Positions 20,953 to 30,832 of a stretch of DNA of 64,000 nt are shown in pieces. A model generated the notes under the pieces. The model made no database searches. It saw nothing but the letters and a program-made list of their open reading frames with translations, and had not been told where the DNA came from. The number at the start of each line of letters is the position of its first letter. Position 1 is the first letter of the stretch. Both the position numbers and the translations under genes were made by a program. Origin of the DNA: Longimicrobiales bacterium (GTDB lineage Bacteria; Gemmatimonadota; Gemmatimonadetes; Longimicrobiales; Gaopeijiaceae); contig CBDDCX010000007.1 of the NCBI GenBank assembly GCA_965226375.1, positions 448,001-512,000 of the forward strand, written 5' to 3'.

Positions 20953-22262
20953 TGAACCGCGCACCTGATGGTTAACACAAGTGTGCCAGCTGATGGTTAA
21001 CAGATTGGGTTACGTCCTGTGTTACCGTGGGTGTCGAAAATGACGAAGAGTTCTTCGTCAAACCACCCGAGGGTAGTGGGACCGAAGTAGACCTGCCACA
21101 GAGCGGGGCCGATGGGTTCGAGCCCGATGAACTCGTTGCCCAGAGCCGAACTGATGTTGATCCAACGCGAGTGCCAGCGGATGGCTCCGTTTGTAGAGAC
21201 CTTACGGACCTCGAAGTGCTCAGGGTACTCGATGGGCGGAAGGACGTCGGGGTAGGCTCTAAGAGCCGATCGGTAGACGGAATGGGGAGTAGCGTCGTCG
21301 AGCGCCTCGTGGGGGCGGATGTGATTGAATGTGTGGCGGAAGTCGTTGAAGTGGCGCTGCTGGGCACTGAGGTTGGCCTTGGGCGGGCGAGTGGCTTCAC
21401 GCTTGAGGGTCCTGTGCATGCGTTCGTGTCGGCCGTTCTGCTGCGGCTTACCCGGCTCGATGGTCTCAGGACGGATACCGAGGCGGATCCACCAGGCACT
21501 CAGGCGTGTGAGGCGAGCGAGGCCGATGGAAGCGAAGGGCGTACCATTGTCGGAGCGGATGACGGCGGGCAGACCGAACTCGCGGAAAGTCCTGATGAAC
21601 ACAGGCTTGGCGAGCTCGATCGACGTGGAATACAGCCCTGTGCACTCGAGCAGGAACCGGCTGAAGCCGTCCTGGATCGTGAGGGGGTAGCAGTAGCGAC
21701 CGTTGCGCATCTTGAACTGCCCTTTGAAGTCGACGGTCCAGACCGCATTGGGCTCATCCATCGCAGTGAGCGGCTTGCCGGGGTGGCCCGGTTTGCCGGA
21801 GCGTCTGCGCTTCTTCGTGATCAGGTCGTGACGCTCGAAGATGCGATCGATCGTCCTGCGAACTGGGGCCGAGCCAAACTTCTCAGCTGTGAGTTTACGG
21901 ATCTTGCGTGATCCCCATCCGTAGCGCTGACGCAGGTCGACGACGTGTTCGACGATCGGCTCCTCCACGGCGTGTGGGCAGTGATGGGGTCGGCGCGATC
22001 GCTCTTGCAGTCCCTCGAATCCCTCTGCGCGGAAGCGATTCCACCAGGTGTATCCCGCGGTCCTGCTGATACCGTAGCGCCTACAGGACTCGGCGAAACT
22101 GAACGTCCGTTGTTGCACTTCGAGGATGAAGCGTACTCTTTGCTCGTACATGGTCGACCGGTTCCAGTCCATCGGGCTCTCCTTGTTGCAGAACCCTGGT
22201 TGATAGGAACCTGTCAACCATCAGTGTAGGCCATTGTGTAAAGGATCAGGGTAGGCTGTACC
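20953..22262 (-). mobile_element. IS481-family insertion sequence, 1310 bp, with 3-bp GCC target duplication
   Basis: GCC at 20950-20952 and 22263-22265; imperfect inverted ends with repeated ctgatggttaaca-like motifs; single transposase ORF. Confidence 0.9.
20997..22172 (-). CDS. IS481-family DDE transposase
   Basis: HTH (CRRYGISRTAGYTW), WTVDFKG, SDNGTPF, PQQNGRHERMHRTLK, RPHEAL; AAGGAG RBS before ATG 22172. Confidence 0.93.
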   Translation of the reverse strand: MDWNRSTMYEQRVRFILEVQQRTFSFAESCRRYGISRTAGYTWWNRFRAEGFEGLQERSRRPHHCPHAVEEPIVEHVVDLRQRYGWGSRKIRKLTAEKFGSAPVRRTIDRIFERHDLITKKRRRSGKPGHPGKPLTAMDEPNAVWTVDFKGQFKMRNGRYCYPLTIQDGFSRFLLECTGLYSTSIELAKPVFIRTFREFGLPAVIRSDNGTPFASIGLARLTRLSAWWIRLGIRPETIEPGKPQQNGRHERMHRTLKREATRPPKANLSAQQRHFNDFRHTFNHIRPHEALDDATPHSVYRSALRAYPDVLPPIEYPEHFEVRKVSTNGAIRWHSRWINISSALGNEFIGLEPIGPALWQVYFGPTTLGWFDEELFVIFDTHGNTGRNPIC

Positions 22263-22547
22263 GCCCTTTCACATGTACTACCTGTTGCTTCCGACCGCCG
22301 AGCACCGGAGCCGGTTCATCGCCTTCCTGAAGGGAAAGGGCGTGCACGCCGTCTTCCATTACGTGCCACTGAACCTCTCGCCCATGGGAGAGAGTCTCGG
22401 GGCCCGGCCCGGCGACTGCCCCGTGGCCGAGGACGTGAGTCGTCGTCTGGTGCGACTCCCCTTTTTCACCGGCCTGGATGAGGAGGCGCAAGACACCGTT
22501 ATGAAAACCGTGCGGCAATACCGTTGTCGGTGAAACACATGATGGGC

Positions 22548-23168
22548 TCACCCCGGTTCCGGCTGACACTCCACGAACAAGTGCGTATAGGGAATGCGCA
22601 GCAGGTCGTGTCTCACCTGGAAGGTCGCCGAGGGAAAGGTAGACCCGATCAGATGCTGCCACCCCTCGAGTGATCGCACGTGGTCGCCCCGGTCCCGGTC
22701 GATGATATAGCGGGCCACCCGGGACTGACCCTCGATGTAGCAGGGATCGAGCATCACCAGCCGGCCGCCGGGTTTCAAGCTGGAACGAGCAAGGCTCAGA
22801 AACTCCCTCGCCTGCTCGTCGTCCAGGTGATGGAGCACGCCCATGGCGAGAACCAGATCGTAGTGTGCCTTCTCGGTCATGGTCTCCGGACCGAGCGGAC
22901 CGAGCCGGAACGTCGCCCGATTTCCGAAGCGTTTCCGGGCCTCGGCCACGTAGTTGGCATCGATGTCGATACCCACGTAGTCCACGTCGGGGAGATAATC
23001 GAGCAGGTCCGCCGGGCCGCACCCACAGTCCAGAACCCGATCGGATTCCTTCGGCCGGATATATCTGGCCACACACTCTGTCCGGCCCCGATGAGCTCCG
23101 GTGAGTGTTGCGAACAGGCGATAAACTTTGGGGAGCGAAAGAATCCGCCTGGGATCCCAAACGTGCAT
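22548..23168 (-). CDS. Class I SAM-dependent methyltransferase
   Basis: VLDCGCGP, YVGIDID, GVLHHLDD, LKPGG. Confidence 0.88.
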   Translation of the reverse strand: MHVWDPRRILSLPKVYRLFATLTGAHRGRTECVARYIRPKESDRVLDCGCGPADLLDYLPDVDYVGIDIDANYVAEARKRFGNRATFRLGPLGPETMTEKAHYDLVLAMGVLHHLDDEQAREFLSLARSSLKPGGRLVMLDPCYIEGQSRVARYIIDRDRGDHVRSLEGWQHLIGSTFPSATFQVRHDLLRIPYTHLFVECQPEPG

Positions 23169-23249
23169 GCCACCAGCTAGAGAGGACAGGCCAGTTCAAC
23201 CTTTCGAGACCGTGAGTAAAACGACACGTGCCTCCACGATAGCGTGCTT

Positions 23250-23633
23250 CTAGTCCTTCCGCACCGCCACCTTCGGATCCTCTCCCGCCGCTGTGAACTT
23301 CTTGTCGGGGCTCCCGTGCAGCACCGCCGAGACGGCTGCCGTGAACTCGGTCCAGTCCGCGTATTGAATCGCCAGTTGCTGCTTCCCACTTGCTGTAAGG
23401 CTGTAGTACTTCGCTCTGCGGCCGGTCCTCGATAGCCCCCAAGCCGCCTCGAGCAGGCCACGCTCTTCGAGACGATGAAGGGCCGGGTACATGACACCCT
23501 CGGCCACATCCAACACGCCATGGCTTATTTCACGCAGCATCTGCCCGAGGTCGTACCCATGGCGAGCTTGATCTTGAACGGCTCGCAGGATCAGGATGTC
23601 CAGCGTGCCAGTAAACAAGTCACTTCCGCTCAT
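23250..23633 (-). CDS. PadR-family regulator (acidobacterial type)
   Basis: GTLDILIL, HGY, EGVMYPALHRLE, RRAKYYSLT; start at MSGSDLF. Confidence 0.9.
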   Translation of the reverse strand: MSGSDLFTGTLDILILRAVQDQARHGYDLGQMLREISHGVLDVAEGVMYPALHRLEERGLLEAAWGLSRTGRRAKYYSLTASGKQQLAIQYADWTEFTAAVSAVLHGSPDKKFTAAGEDPKVAVRKD

Positions 23634-23851
23634 CTCGCCTCCCCAACCCACGGTCCGTCGCCTCTGACGGGTTCCGGTTCGCGACACCCCCACGCGAGCA
23701 TGCGTCCGAGAGCACACCGTACGAGTGGTCTCCAGAACACGTACGACCGAGGATGCAGGGCGTGACCAGGCGTCAGACGTGCCGGTCCGGGTCGGGCAGC
23801 CGATCCTCCAGGGGGATTCGAGCCCCCACGGTGCCTGCGTAGACGGAGCCC

Positions 23852-25994
23852 CTACGGTGCCTGTGGGGACGGAGCGGGCCCCCACAGGATTGCCATGGCT
23901 TCGGCGTAGGGGACCAGCTCGGGGGCAGCCTCCGGGGCCTTGGGCACGAACACGAAGGCCGCCCGATCCGGGTACAGGGTGAGAACGCGTCGGTTTTTTT
24001 CCGGACCGAGATCCCGCACGAACAGGGGTCGACCCTCTTCGATTCCCGGGAGGTCACCTTGCCAGACCAGAGGGGCCAGGGCCACGGCACCAAAACGGTC
24101 GGCCCGCAGCTGCTGCATGCAGGAATCCGGAAACACTTCGTTGGGACGGATGCGTAGGGTGGCCCCGGCCGGTGCCGGCGGTCGCTGAATGTCAGCAGGG
24201 GTTCCGGGACTCTGATTCAGATCGACGGGCGGCATGGTGACACCCAGGACTCCCATGGCCTCGGCGTCGCGCGCCAACGCATACAAATGCAGCTGGCAGT
24301 TCGTGTTTCTCCTGAGCGCCGTGATGACGGTGTCCTGACGAACGCCCCCGGTTCCCTGGAGCGAGGAGCTCAGGCGCTCGTTCCACGACGTATGCACGAA
24401 GACGATGGACGCGGACTCGGTGGGTGGTTGAGGCATCGTGATGCGGTCCAGCGTTTCCTGACTCCATCCATAGTTGGCCCAGCGCCTAGGAACGCCCCAA
24501 CCTACCGCTCCGACGACTCCCAGGACCACGGCCCAGGTGGCCATGTCCTTGACCCAGCGATTCTGCACACCCTCACCGCGGGCCAACGCGACGGCAGCCA
24601 GCACGGCTATTGCGATCCACGCGGGGGCGGCCTCGAACAGCATGCGCACGTCGTGAAACCAGTAGGACGAGTTGGCGAGTACCGGTAGCGTGGCCCATGC
24701 CAGGAGCACCCCCATCCCCCTGGGAAGCTCGAAAACAGTCAGGAGATAGAGACCGATGAACAGGGTGATGGGAAAGGGCGTCTCGAGAAGCTGGATGCCC
24801 ATGCTCAACACGTCCGACGACGTGAAGCCCAGCGCCTCCTCCAGCGAGTACGGTAACCCCACGGATCCATGTGGAAGCCTAGGCGGTGATGGTCCCCGAA
24901 CGCGGCCAGATACCCGACGGTCCACGGATGCCCGAACAGCCGGCTGTTGTACCAACCGAGCATCACGGCGAATGGTGCTCCGCCGAGCAGCGTGAAGCCC
25001 GCGCGCGTGGTCAGCCAAGTGACAGGCGGAGCGGTCGCGCGGATGGCGTGCGGCACCCAAATCCCGAGCGTGAACACGCTTCCCAGGACGAGGCCGACCA
25101 GGGGTCGGTCCGACACCATGAGCCCCACGCCCGCTCCCGCCGCCAGTGCCCACCACGGGCTGCCGTCCCGAGCTCGTAGAGCCGCGTACAACGCCGCGGC
25201 AGCAAAGGCGCCCGCGGACACGTGACTCATGGACCCGCCTCCCAGAAAGAGGAGGAAGGGGCTCAGAGCTACGGCCAAGGCCGCTACACGGGCCAGCCCG
25301 CGTCGGTCGGGGAGGAGACGTGGGAAGGAGAGTGCTACGAAGCCGGCCAGCGCTGCGGCAAATACGGGACCCAACAGCATCGGGGTGCCCAGTCGGGTGA
25401 GGCCGGCCATGGCAAAGAGGTGCATCGGCGGGAAGTGAGAGACCCAGCCGTCGGCTACCAGTGAGAGACCCAGCCGTCGGCTACCATGAGCGTGGGGATC
25501 AGCCAAGCGTCCGGAGCATCGGATATCGGGCCAGCCAGCATTCCGCGGGCCAGGTACCGAGCCTGAATCGCCGAGGCGATCTCGTCCACGTTGGTGAAGA
25601 ACCCTCGGTAGAGAACACGCCCGGCGATCATCGCAAGTACCCCCGACAACGCCCCCAGCGACAGCGCGAAGGCTCCCTGAGACGGCCGTTCGATCCAGGC
25701 GACAAAGCGATCGCCCGCGAGCCGTGGTAGCCTGGATGGAAAGAGGCGAGCCAGAAGCCAGGCGAGCAGCGCGATGACCAGTGTGCCCCACCAGGCCATT
25801 TGGAGGGTCACCTCCGCCACCTCGACACTCACTTGCCGGTGGGGCGCCTCGGCCGACGTATCCATGATGCGGTAGATGGGGGCGAAGGCGAAGACGAGGA
25901 TGCCCAGGCCCAGAGCCTGCTGGGCCCGCCTGACCCAGCCGCCGGCCGGCCGAATTTCGGGGCTGGCGCCGTCGGGGGGTGGGGCGGGTGTCAT
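23852..25994 (-). pseudogene. GT-C fold membrane glycosyltransferase-like gene broken by a 26-bp duplication and a 1-nt deletion
   Basis: Three consecutive frames (NVDEIA; SHFPPMH...MSH; PYSLEEA...); lesions at 25435-25486 and near 24852. Confidence 0.78.
25435..25486. repeat. Perfect 26-bp tandem duplication (gtgagagacccagccgtcggctacca x2)
   Basis: Directly visible; shifts the reading frame. Confidence 0.95.
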
Positions 25995-26037
25995 CGTGAC
26001 CGGGTGATGGCGGTGCCCGCGCTCCGGTGACCCAGCA

Positions 26038-27618
26038 CTAGTGGCTCTTGATGTTGAGACCGGCCGGTGTGACCACTCGTTCCAATACTCCCAACGCTCC
26101 GTCCACGACGAACGCGAGGACGGCGGCAGGAAGAGCTCCCGACAGGATCATCTGCGTGTCGCTTAGGGCGAGTCCCGCCACGATGGGGTCGCCCAGGCCT
26201 CCAGCACCGATGAAGGCGGCCAGCGTCGCCGTACCTACGGTGATGACCGCGGCTGTCCGCACACCAGCCATGATGACCGGCACGGCCAGGGGGCAACGGA
26301 TGTAACGCAGGATCTGGCTATTGGTCATGCCCAACGAGCGGGCGGAGTCCACGGCGGCCGGGTCCGCATCACGAATGCCCGTGTACGTGTTTCGCAGAAT
26401 GGGGAACAGCGAATACAGGAATAGTGCCATGAGGGCCGGCACTACACCGATGCCCAGCGTCGGAATCATGAAAGCCAGAAGAGCGATGCTCGGGATGGTC
26501 TGGAAGAGCCCGACCGCTCGGATCACCACCTCGGCCCGACGCTGTGCCTTATCCAAGATCAAACCCAGCGGAATGGCCACCAGGCATGCGGCCAGGAGTG
26601 ATACGATCACGAGAAGGAGATGTCGCGCCGTGAGCGCCACCGTCTGATCTCGGTGCTCCCAGAGGTAGACACTCAAAGGGGTCTGCCTGGCATCGCCGTC
26701 ACTGACGATGCGCACGGCCGGCCCTCCGACGAGCCCGATCTCCGTCAACGCGTCGCCGGCCACGACCGCCAATTCCTCCCCGTCGACCTCCACGCGACGG
26801 TTCAGCCGCCGCATCAACTCTTCGTCCAGCATCCCCGCGAGCTCCGAAAGTGCCCGTACGGCGTCCGGGCGAGCCTGCCAGAGGTCTCGCCCCACCACGG
26901 GTGCGGCTTGGTACGGAGGAAAGAAGTCCAGATCGTCGGCCAGGACCACCAGATCGAATCGGTCGATCAGACCGTCGGTGGAGTATCCGTCGATCACGTC
27001 GACTTCCCCCAGAGCCAGCGCCTCGTACTTGACCGCCTGAAGGAGCGAGCGAACGTCACGCAATCGCAGGCCGTACGCGCCTTCCAGACCCGGCAGTCCA
27101 TCGGACCGTCCGATGAAATCTGGCGAAAACCCGCCCACGTACCGGGAGGCCACGTCCGCCAGATCCGAGAGCGTGCGCAGGCCGTCGCTCTCTGCCGACG
27201 TTGGCCTCACCGCGATGGCATACGTGTTCTCGAACCCCAACGGAGGCAGCCAGTGAATCCCCCAGCGTTCCCGGAACGCCCTCGAGACGGTCCGGAAGAC
27301 CTGCTCGGGCGTCCCTTCCGGGGTCTGGTCGAGGATCGCCACAAGCCCCGTGCCCGTGTACTCCGGGTAGACGTCTACGTCACCACTACGAAGCGCCTGG
27401 AACGCGATCTCGGTAGCTCCCAGGCCGAGACGACGCTCGACGGTGATGCCCCGGCTCTCCAGGAGCTGGGCGAACATCTCCGCCAGCAGGAACGACTCGC
27501 CGAAAGGCTTGGAAGCCACGACGATGGGAGCAAGCTGGGCCATCGTGTTCGCCGGGATCACTGCCGGGCCCAGACAAAGCGCGATCAAGGCGAGCATGAG
27601 CCGGGTACGCCCGCTCAC
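26038..27618 (-). CDS. Quaternary-amine (Opu/EgtU-like) ABC transporter, fused binding protein and permease
   Basis: YPEYTGT, ENTYA, YSTDG, FFPPY; permease QTIPSIALLA, FIGAGGLG. Confidence 0.9.
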   Translation of the reverse strand: MSGRTRLMLALIALCLGPAVIPANTMAQLAPIVVASKPFGESFLLAEMFAQLLESRGITVERRLGLGATEIAFQALRSGDVDVYPEYTGTGLVAILDQTPEGTPEQVFRTVSRAFRERWGIHWLPPLGFENTYAIAVRPTSAESDGLRTLSDLADVASRYVGGFSPDFIGRSDGLPGLEGAYGLRLRDVRSLLQAVKYEALALGEVDVIDGYSTDGLIDRFDLVVLADDLDFFPPYQAAPVVGRDLWQARPDAVRALSELAGMLDEELMRRLNRRVEVDGEELAVVAGDALTEIGLVGGPAVRIVSDGDARQTPLSVYLWEHRDQTVALTARHLLLVIVSLLAACLVAIPLGLILDKAQRRAEVVIRAVGLFQTIPSIALLAFMIPTLGIGVVPALMALFLYSLFPILRNTYTGIRDADPAAVDSARSLGMTNSQILRYIRCPLAVPVIMAGVRTAAVITVGTATLAAFIGAGGLGDPIVAGLALSDTQMILSGALPAAVLAFVVDGALGVLERVVTPAGLNIKSH

Positions 27619-28379
27619 GTGGCACCTCCGACCCCGGCACGTTCCAGCAGGTGCCGCACGTAGTCCGTGGCGGGGGCATCACGTATGACCTGGGGGGCCG
27701 CCACCTGCTCCAGCCGCCCACTGCGGAGCACCGCGACGCGGTCCGCCATATGCATGGCGCTCTGAATGTCGTGTGTAACCATCAGCACGGTGACACCGAT
27801 TTCATGGAGGAGCGCCTGCACCGCCTCGACGAGCTCGGCGCGCGTTATGGCGTCCAGGGCCCTGAAGGGCTCATCCAACAGAATGATCTCGGGCTCTGCG
27901 GCCAGAGCTCGGGCCAGCGCCACCCGCTGTCGTTCACCGCCGGAAAGCTCACGGGGAAAGCGCTTGGCGAACTCCTCTGGAGGCAATCCGACCAGCCGGA
28001 GTGCCTTGAGGGCCAGGTCCCGCGGAGAACCCATGGTCCGTAGCCAAGGGACCAGAGCCACATTACGCATGATCGTCCAGTGGGGAATGAGGCCGCCTTC
28101 CTGCTGTACGTACCCGATGGATCGCCGGAGGCGCACCGGATTGAGCGTTCCGATCTCCCGACCGCCCACGGACACTTTGCCTGCGTCGGCAGACACCATC
28201 CGGTTGAACAGGCGAAGTAAAGTGGTCTTGCCCGCGCCGCTCTCGCCCACAAGAGCCATGACCTCACGCTTGGCCACGGTCAGGGAGACGCCATCGAGAA
28301 CGGAGACGGCCCCGAACCGCTTCTCAACCGCTTCGGCGGACAGGGCAGGGGCGTCCTCGGGTAGGGCGTCGTCGAGCAT
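27615..28379 (-). CDS. Quaternary-amine ABC transporter ATP-binding subunit
   Basis: GESGAGKT, LRRSIGYVQQ, LSGGERQR, LLDEPF. Confidence 0.9.
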   Translation of the reverse strand: MLDDALPEDAPALSAEAVEKRFGAVSVLDGVSLTVAKREVMALVGESGAGKTTLLRLFNRMVSADAGKVSVGGREIGTLNPVRLRRSIGYVQQEGGLIPHWTIMRNVALVPWLRTMGSPRDLALKALRLVGLPPEEFAKRFPRELSGGERQRVALARALAAEPEIILLDEPFRALDAITRAELVEAVQALLHEIGVTVLMVTHDIQSAMHMADRVAVLRSGRLEQVAAPQVIRDAPATDYVRHLLERAGVGGAT

Positions 28380-28521
28380 TCCCAACGATAGCTCGCGAAG
28401 GCCGAATCCGCAGCCGTGCGAGCACCGGAGTGTGTAACGGTCGGGGTTCGCCGCTTACACGGCCCGCGTTAGCTTGTGGCTCCGCGGTCGCACGGATCAG
28501 AGGCGGCAAGCGAAGCCAAGG

Positions 28522-29841
28522 ATGGATCTCCATGTCGGCCGGCGTCTCCGCATGGCGGAAATAGTCGACCTCCTTACCGAAGCCCGGGCACGCACGCTCC
28601 TGCTCGTGAGTACCGTGTCGGACGAGGACCTGCTCGTCCAGCACGATCCTCTGATGAGCCCCATCATCTGGGATCTCGGTCATATCGGCCACTTCGAAGA
28701 CGTCTGGCTGGTGGAGAGCGTCGACGGTGGTTCTGATGGGTCCGAGGGGCTACGCGGCATGTACGATCCGGTCGAAAATCCACGAAGCGTCAGAGCCGCT
28801 CTGGAACTGCCCGGGCTTGGCGAGTGCGAGGAATCCCTGGACCGGATCCGTTCCAACGTGGCCGACCTGCTCCCATCGTTGGACCTGGAGGGGGACGACC
28901 CTTTGCTGCGGAACGGGTTCGTCTTTCGCATGGTGCTGCAGCACGAGTATCAGCACAACGAGACGATACTGCAGACGCTTCAGTTGAAGCGTGGTGACCC
29001 GTATTGTCCTCGGGAGCGGTGGCCGATACCAGACGCGCCGACAGCCCACCCGTTCGATACCATGGTACTTTTTCCGGGTGGACGGGTGGACATCGGCAGT
29101 GACGATAGGAGCACCACGTACGACAATGAGAGGCCGCGGCACGACGTCGATCTCGCTCCTTTCCTGATCGACGCGGCACCCGTAACCGAGGGACAGTACA
29201 GTGATTTTGTGGCGGTGGGAGGCTACCAGTTGCGGGATCACTGGTCGGATCAGGGCTGGGCCTGGCTCCAGGAGACCGGAGTCGAAGCTCCCGAGCACTG
29301 GGGGCGGGATGGCGAAGGATGGACGGTGCGGACCATGGATCGAGTCCGAGCTCTCGACCCGCGGCGGCCTGTCTGCCATGTGTGCTTTCATGAAGCCGAG
29401 GCGTATGCGCGGTTTGCAGGCAAGAGGCTCCCTACCGAGCTCGAGTGGGAGGCGGCGGCTACTTGGGATCCCGAGACCGGGTCCAAGCGTTCTTATCCCT
29501 GGGGTACTGACGCTCCTACTCGCGAGATCGCGAACATCGACGCCCTCACCTTCCAAACGGCTCCGGTCGGGAGTTATCCACGCAACGTGTCACCCATCGG
29601 GTGTTACGGCATGATCGGGGATGTCTGGGAGTGGACGTCGTCCGACTTCCGAGGGTACGCCGGCTACGAGATGTTTCCTTACCCCGAATACTCGCAGGCT
29701 TTCTTCGGTGCGGAGTACAGGGTGCTTCGCGGCGGTGCCTGGGCCACACGTGCGGGAGCCATCCGGGGTACGTTCAGAAACTGGGATTACCCCATCCGTC
29801 GTCAGATCTTCAGTGGGCTCCGATGCGCTCAGGACGCTTGA
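28522..29841 (+). CDS. egtB: Ergothioneine sulfoxide synthase EgtB (DinB + FGE domains, actinobacterial-like)
   Basis: SPIIWDLGH, QHEYQHNET iron ligands, YPEYSQAFF, FRNWDYPIRRQIFSG; start 28522 or 28552. Confidence 0.9.
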   Translation: MDLHVGRRLRMAEIVDLLTEARARTLLLVSTVSDEDLLVQHDPLMSPIIWDLGHIGHFEDVWLVESVDGGSDGSEGLRGMYDPVENPRSVRAALELPGLGECEESLDRIRSNVADLLPSLDLEGDDPLLRNGFVFRMVLQHEYQHNETILQTLQLKRGDPYCPRERWPIPDAPTAHPFDTMVLFPGGRVDIGSDDRSTTYDNERPRHDVDLAPFLIDAAPVTEGQYSDFVAVGGYQLRDHWSDQGWAWLQETGVEAPEHWGRDGEGWTVRTMDRVRALDPRRPVCHVCFHEAEAYARFAGKRLPTELEWEAAATWDPETGSKRSYPWGTDAPTREIANIDALTFQTAPVGSYPRNVSPIGCYGMIGDVWEWTSSDFRGYAGYEMFPYPEYSQAFFGAEYRVLRGGAWATRAGAIRGTFRNWDYPIRRQIFSGLRCAQDA

Positions 29842-29848
29842 GGACTGT

Positions 29849-30814
29849 ATGGTGATTCAAATAGAGGCCGGCGCTCGTGCCCGTATGCTCGACGACGCTC
29901 GTTGGGGTCTGACCCAACCTCAAAAGCAGCTTTCGCCCAAGTACTTCTACGATACGCGGGGCTCGGAGTTGTTCGAGGCGATCACCGACCTCGATGAGTA
30001 CTATCTGACCCGGTCGGAGAGGTACCTGCTCCGGGGCGAGGTGACCCACTGGGTGGCCGATCTGGCTCCAGCTTCCCTGGTGGAACTCGGCGCCGGTAGC
30101 GCTCAGAAGACCCGGATTCTCCTGTCGGCCATGCTTGAGGCCGGGCCGGAACGGATCTACGCGCCCGTGGACGTCGCGGGTGAGTTTCTCAATGCCACCG
30201 CGACCGCACTGCACGAAGACTATCCCTCGCTGGCCATTCGGCCACAGGTGAAAGACATCACGACTCCGCTGGATTTTACCGAGGACTTGTCCCCGCCGGT
30301 GCTGTTCGCCTTGCTGGGCAGTACGCTCGGGAACTTCGAGCCCGGAGCCGACGTGGGCCTCCTAGCCAATGTGCGGTCATCCATGAAAGAGGGTGATTCC
30401 TTCGTGATGGGTGCCGACCTCAGACCGGGTCCCGGGAAGAGCGTCGAGCGACTCGAAGCGGCATATAACGACTCCCACGGTGTGACCGAGGAGTTCAATC
30501 TCAACATTCTTGCGAACCTCAACCGAGAGATCGGGACCGACTTCAACCTCTCCGCTTTCCACCATCATGCGTTCTATTCCGTCGAGTTCGGGCGCATCGA
30601 GATGCACCTCGTGGCCCTGAGCCCACAGGAGGTGGGGATTCCGGGTGCAGAGCCCATTCGGATCGCCGAGGGAGAGTCGATCCGCACGGAGCTCAGTTGC
30701 AAGTACGATCGCCCGACCGTTGACGAACTGTTCTCCAGGTCCGGGCTTCGGGTAGATCGGTGGTGCGAGGATGAGGGCGGGCTCTACGCGATGGCGCTCG
30801 GATTGCCCGTGTGA
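29849..30814 (+). CDS. egtD: L-histidine N-alpha-methyltransferase EgtD
   Basis: PKYFYDTRGSELF, EYYLTRSE, ELGAGSAQKT, LGSTLGNF, AYND, RIEMHL, TELSCKY. Confidence 0.93.
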   Translation: MVIQIEAGARARMLDDARWGLTQPQKQLSPKYFYDTRGSELFEAITDLDEYYLTRSERYLLRGEVTHWVADLAPASLVELGAGSAQKTRILLSAMLEAGPERIYAPVDVAGEFLNATATALHEDYPSLAIRPQVKDITTPLDFTEDLSPPVLFALLGSTLGNFEPGADVGLLANVRSSMKEGDSFVMGADLRPGPGKSVERLEAAYNDSHGVTEEFNLNILANLNREIGTDFNLSAFHHHAFYSVEFGRIEMHLVALSPQEVGIPGAEPIRIAEGESIRTELSCKYDRPTVDELFSRSGLRVDRWCEDEGGLYAMALGLPV

Positions 30815-30832
30815 CGCGGCGGGAGCCAAGGC

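Larger units (their letters stand above)
20087..22533 (+). pseudogene. wecE: dTDP-4-amino-4,6-dideoxygalactose transaminase interrupted by IS481
   Basis: MNIPFNRP, SCTHALEMAA, SFHETKN, VDKYTW; removing the IS restores ...HVQQPFHMYY...AVFHYVPL. Confidence 0.92.

Noticed and set aside
28522..30814. Selenoneine (SenA) or ovothiol (OvoA) interpretation of egtB
   Set aside because: No selenophosphate synthetase or SenB-like glycosyltransferase nearby and no C-terminal methyltransferase domain; egtC supports the gamma-glutamylcysteine route.
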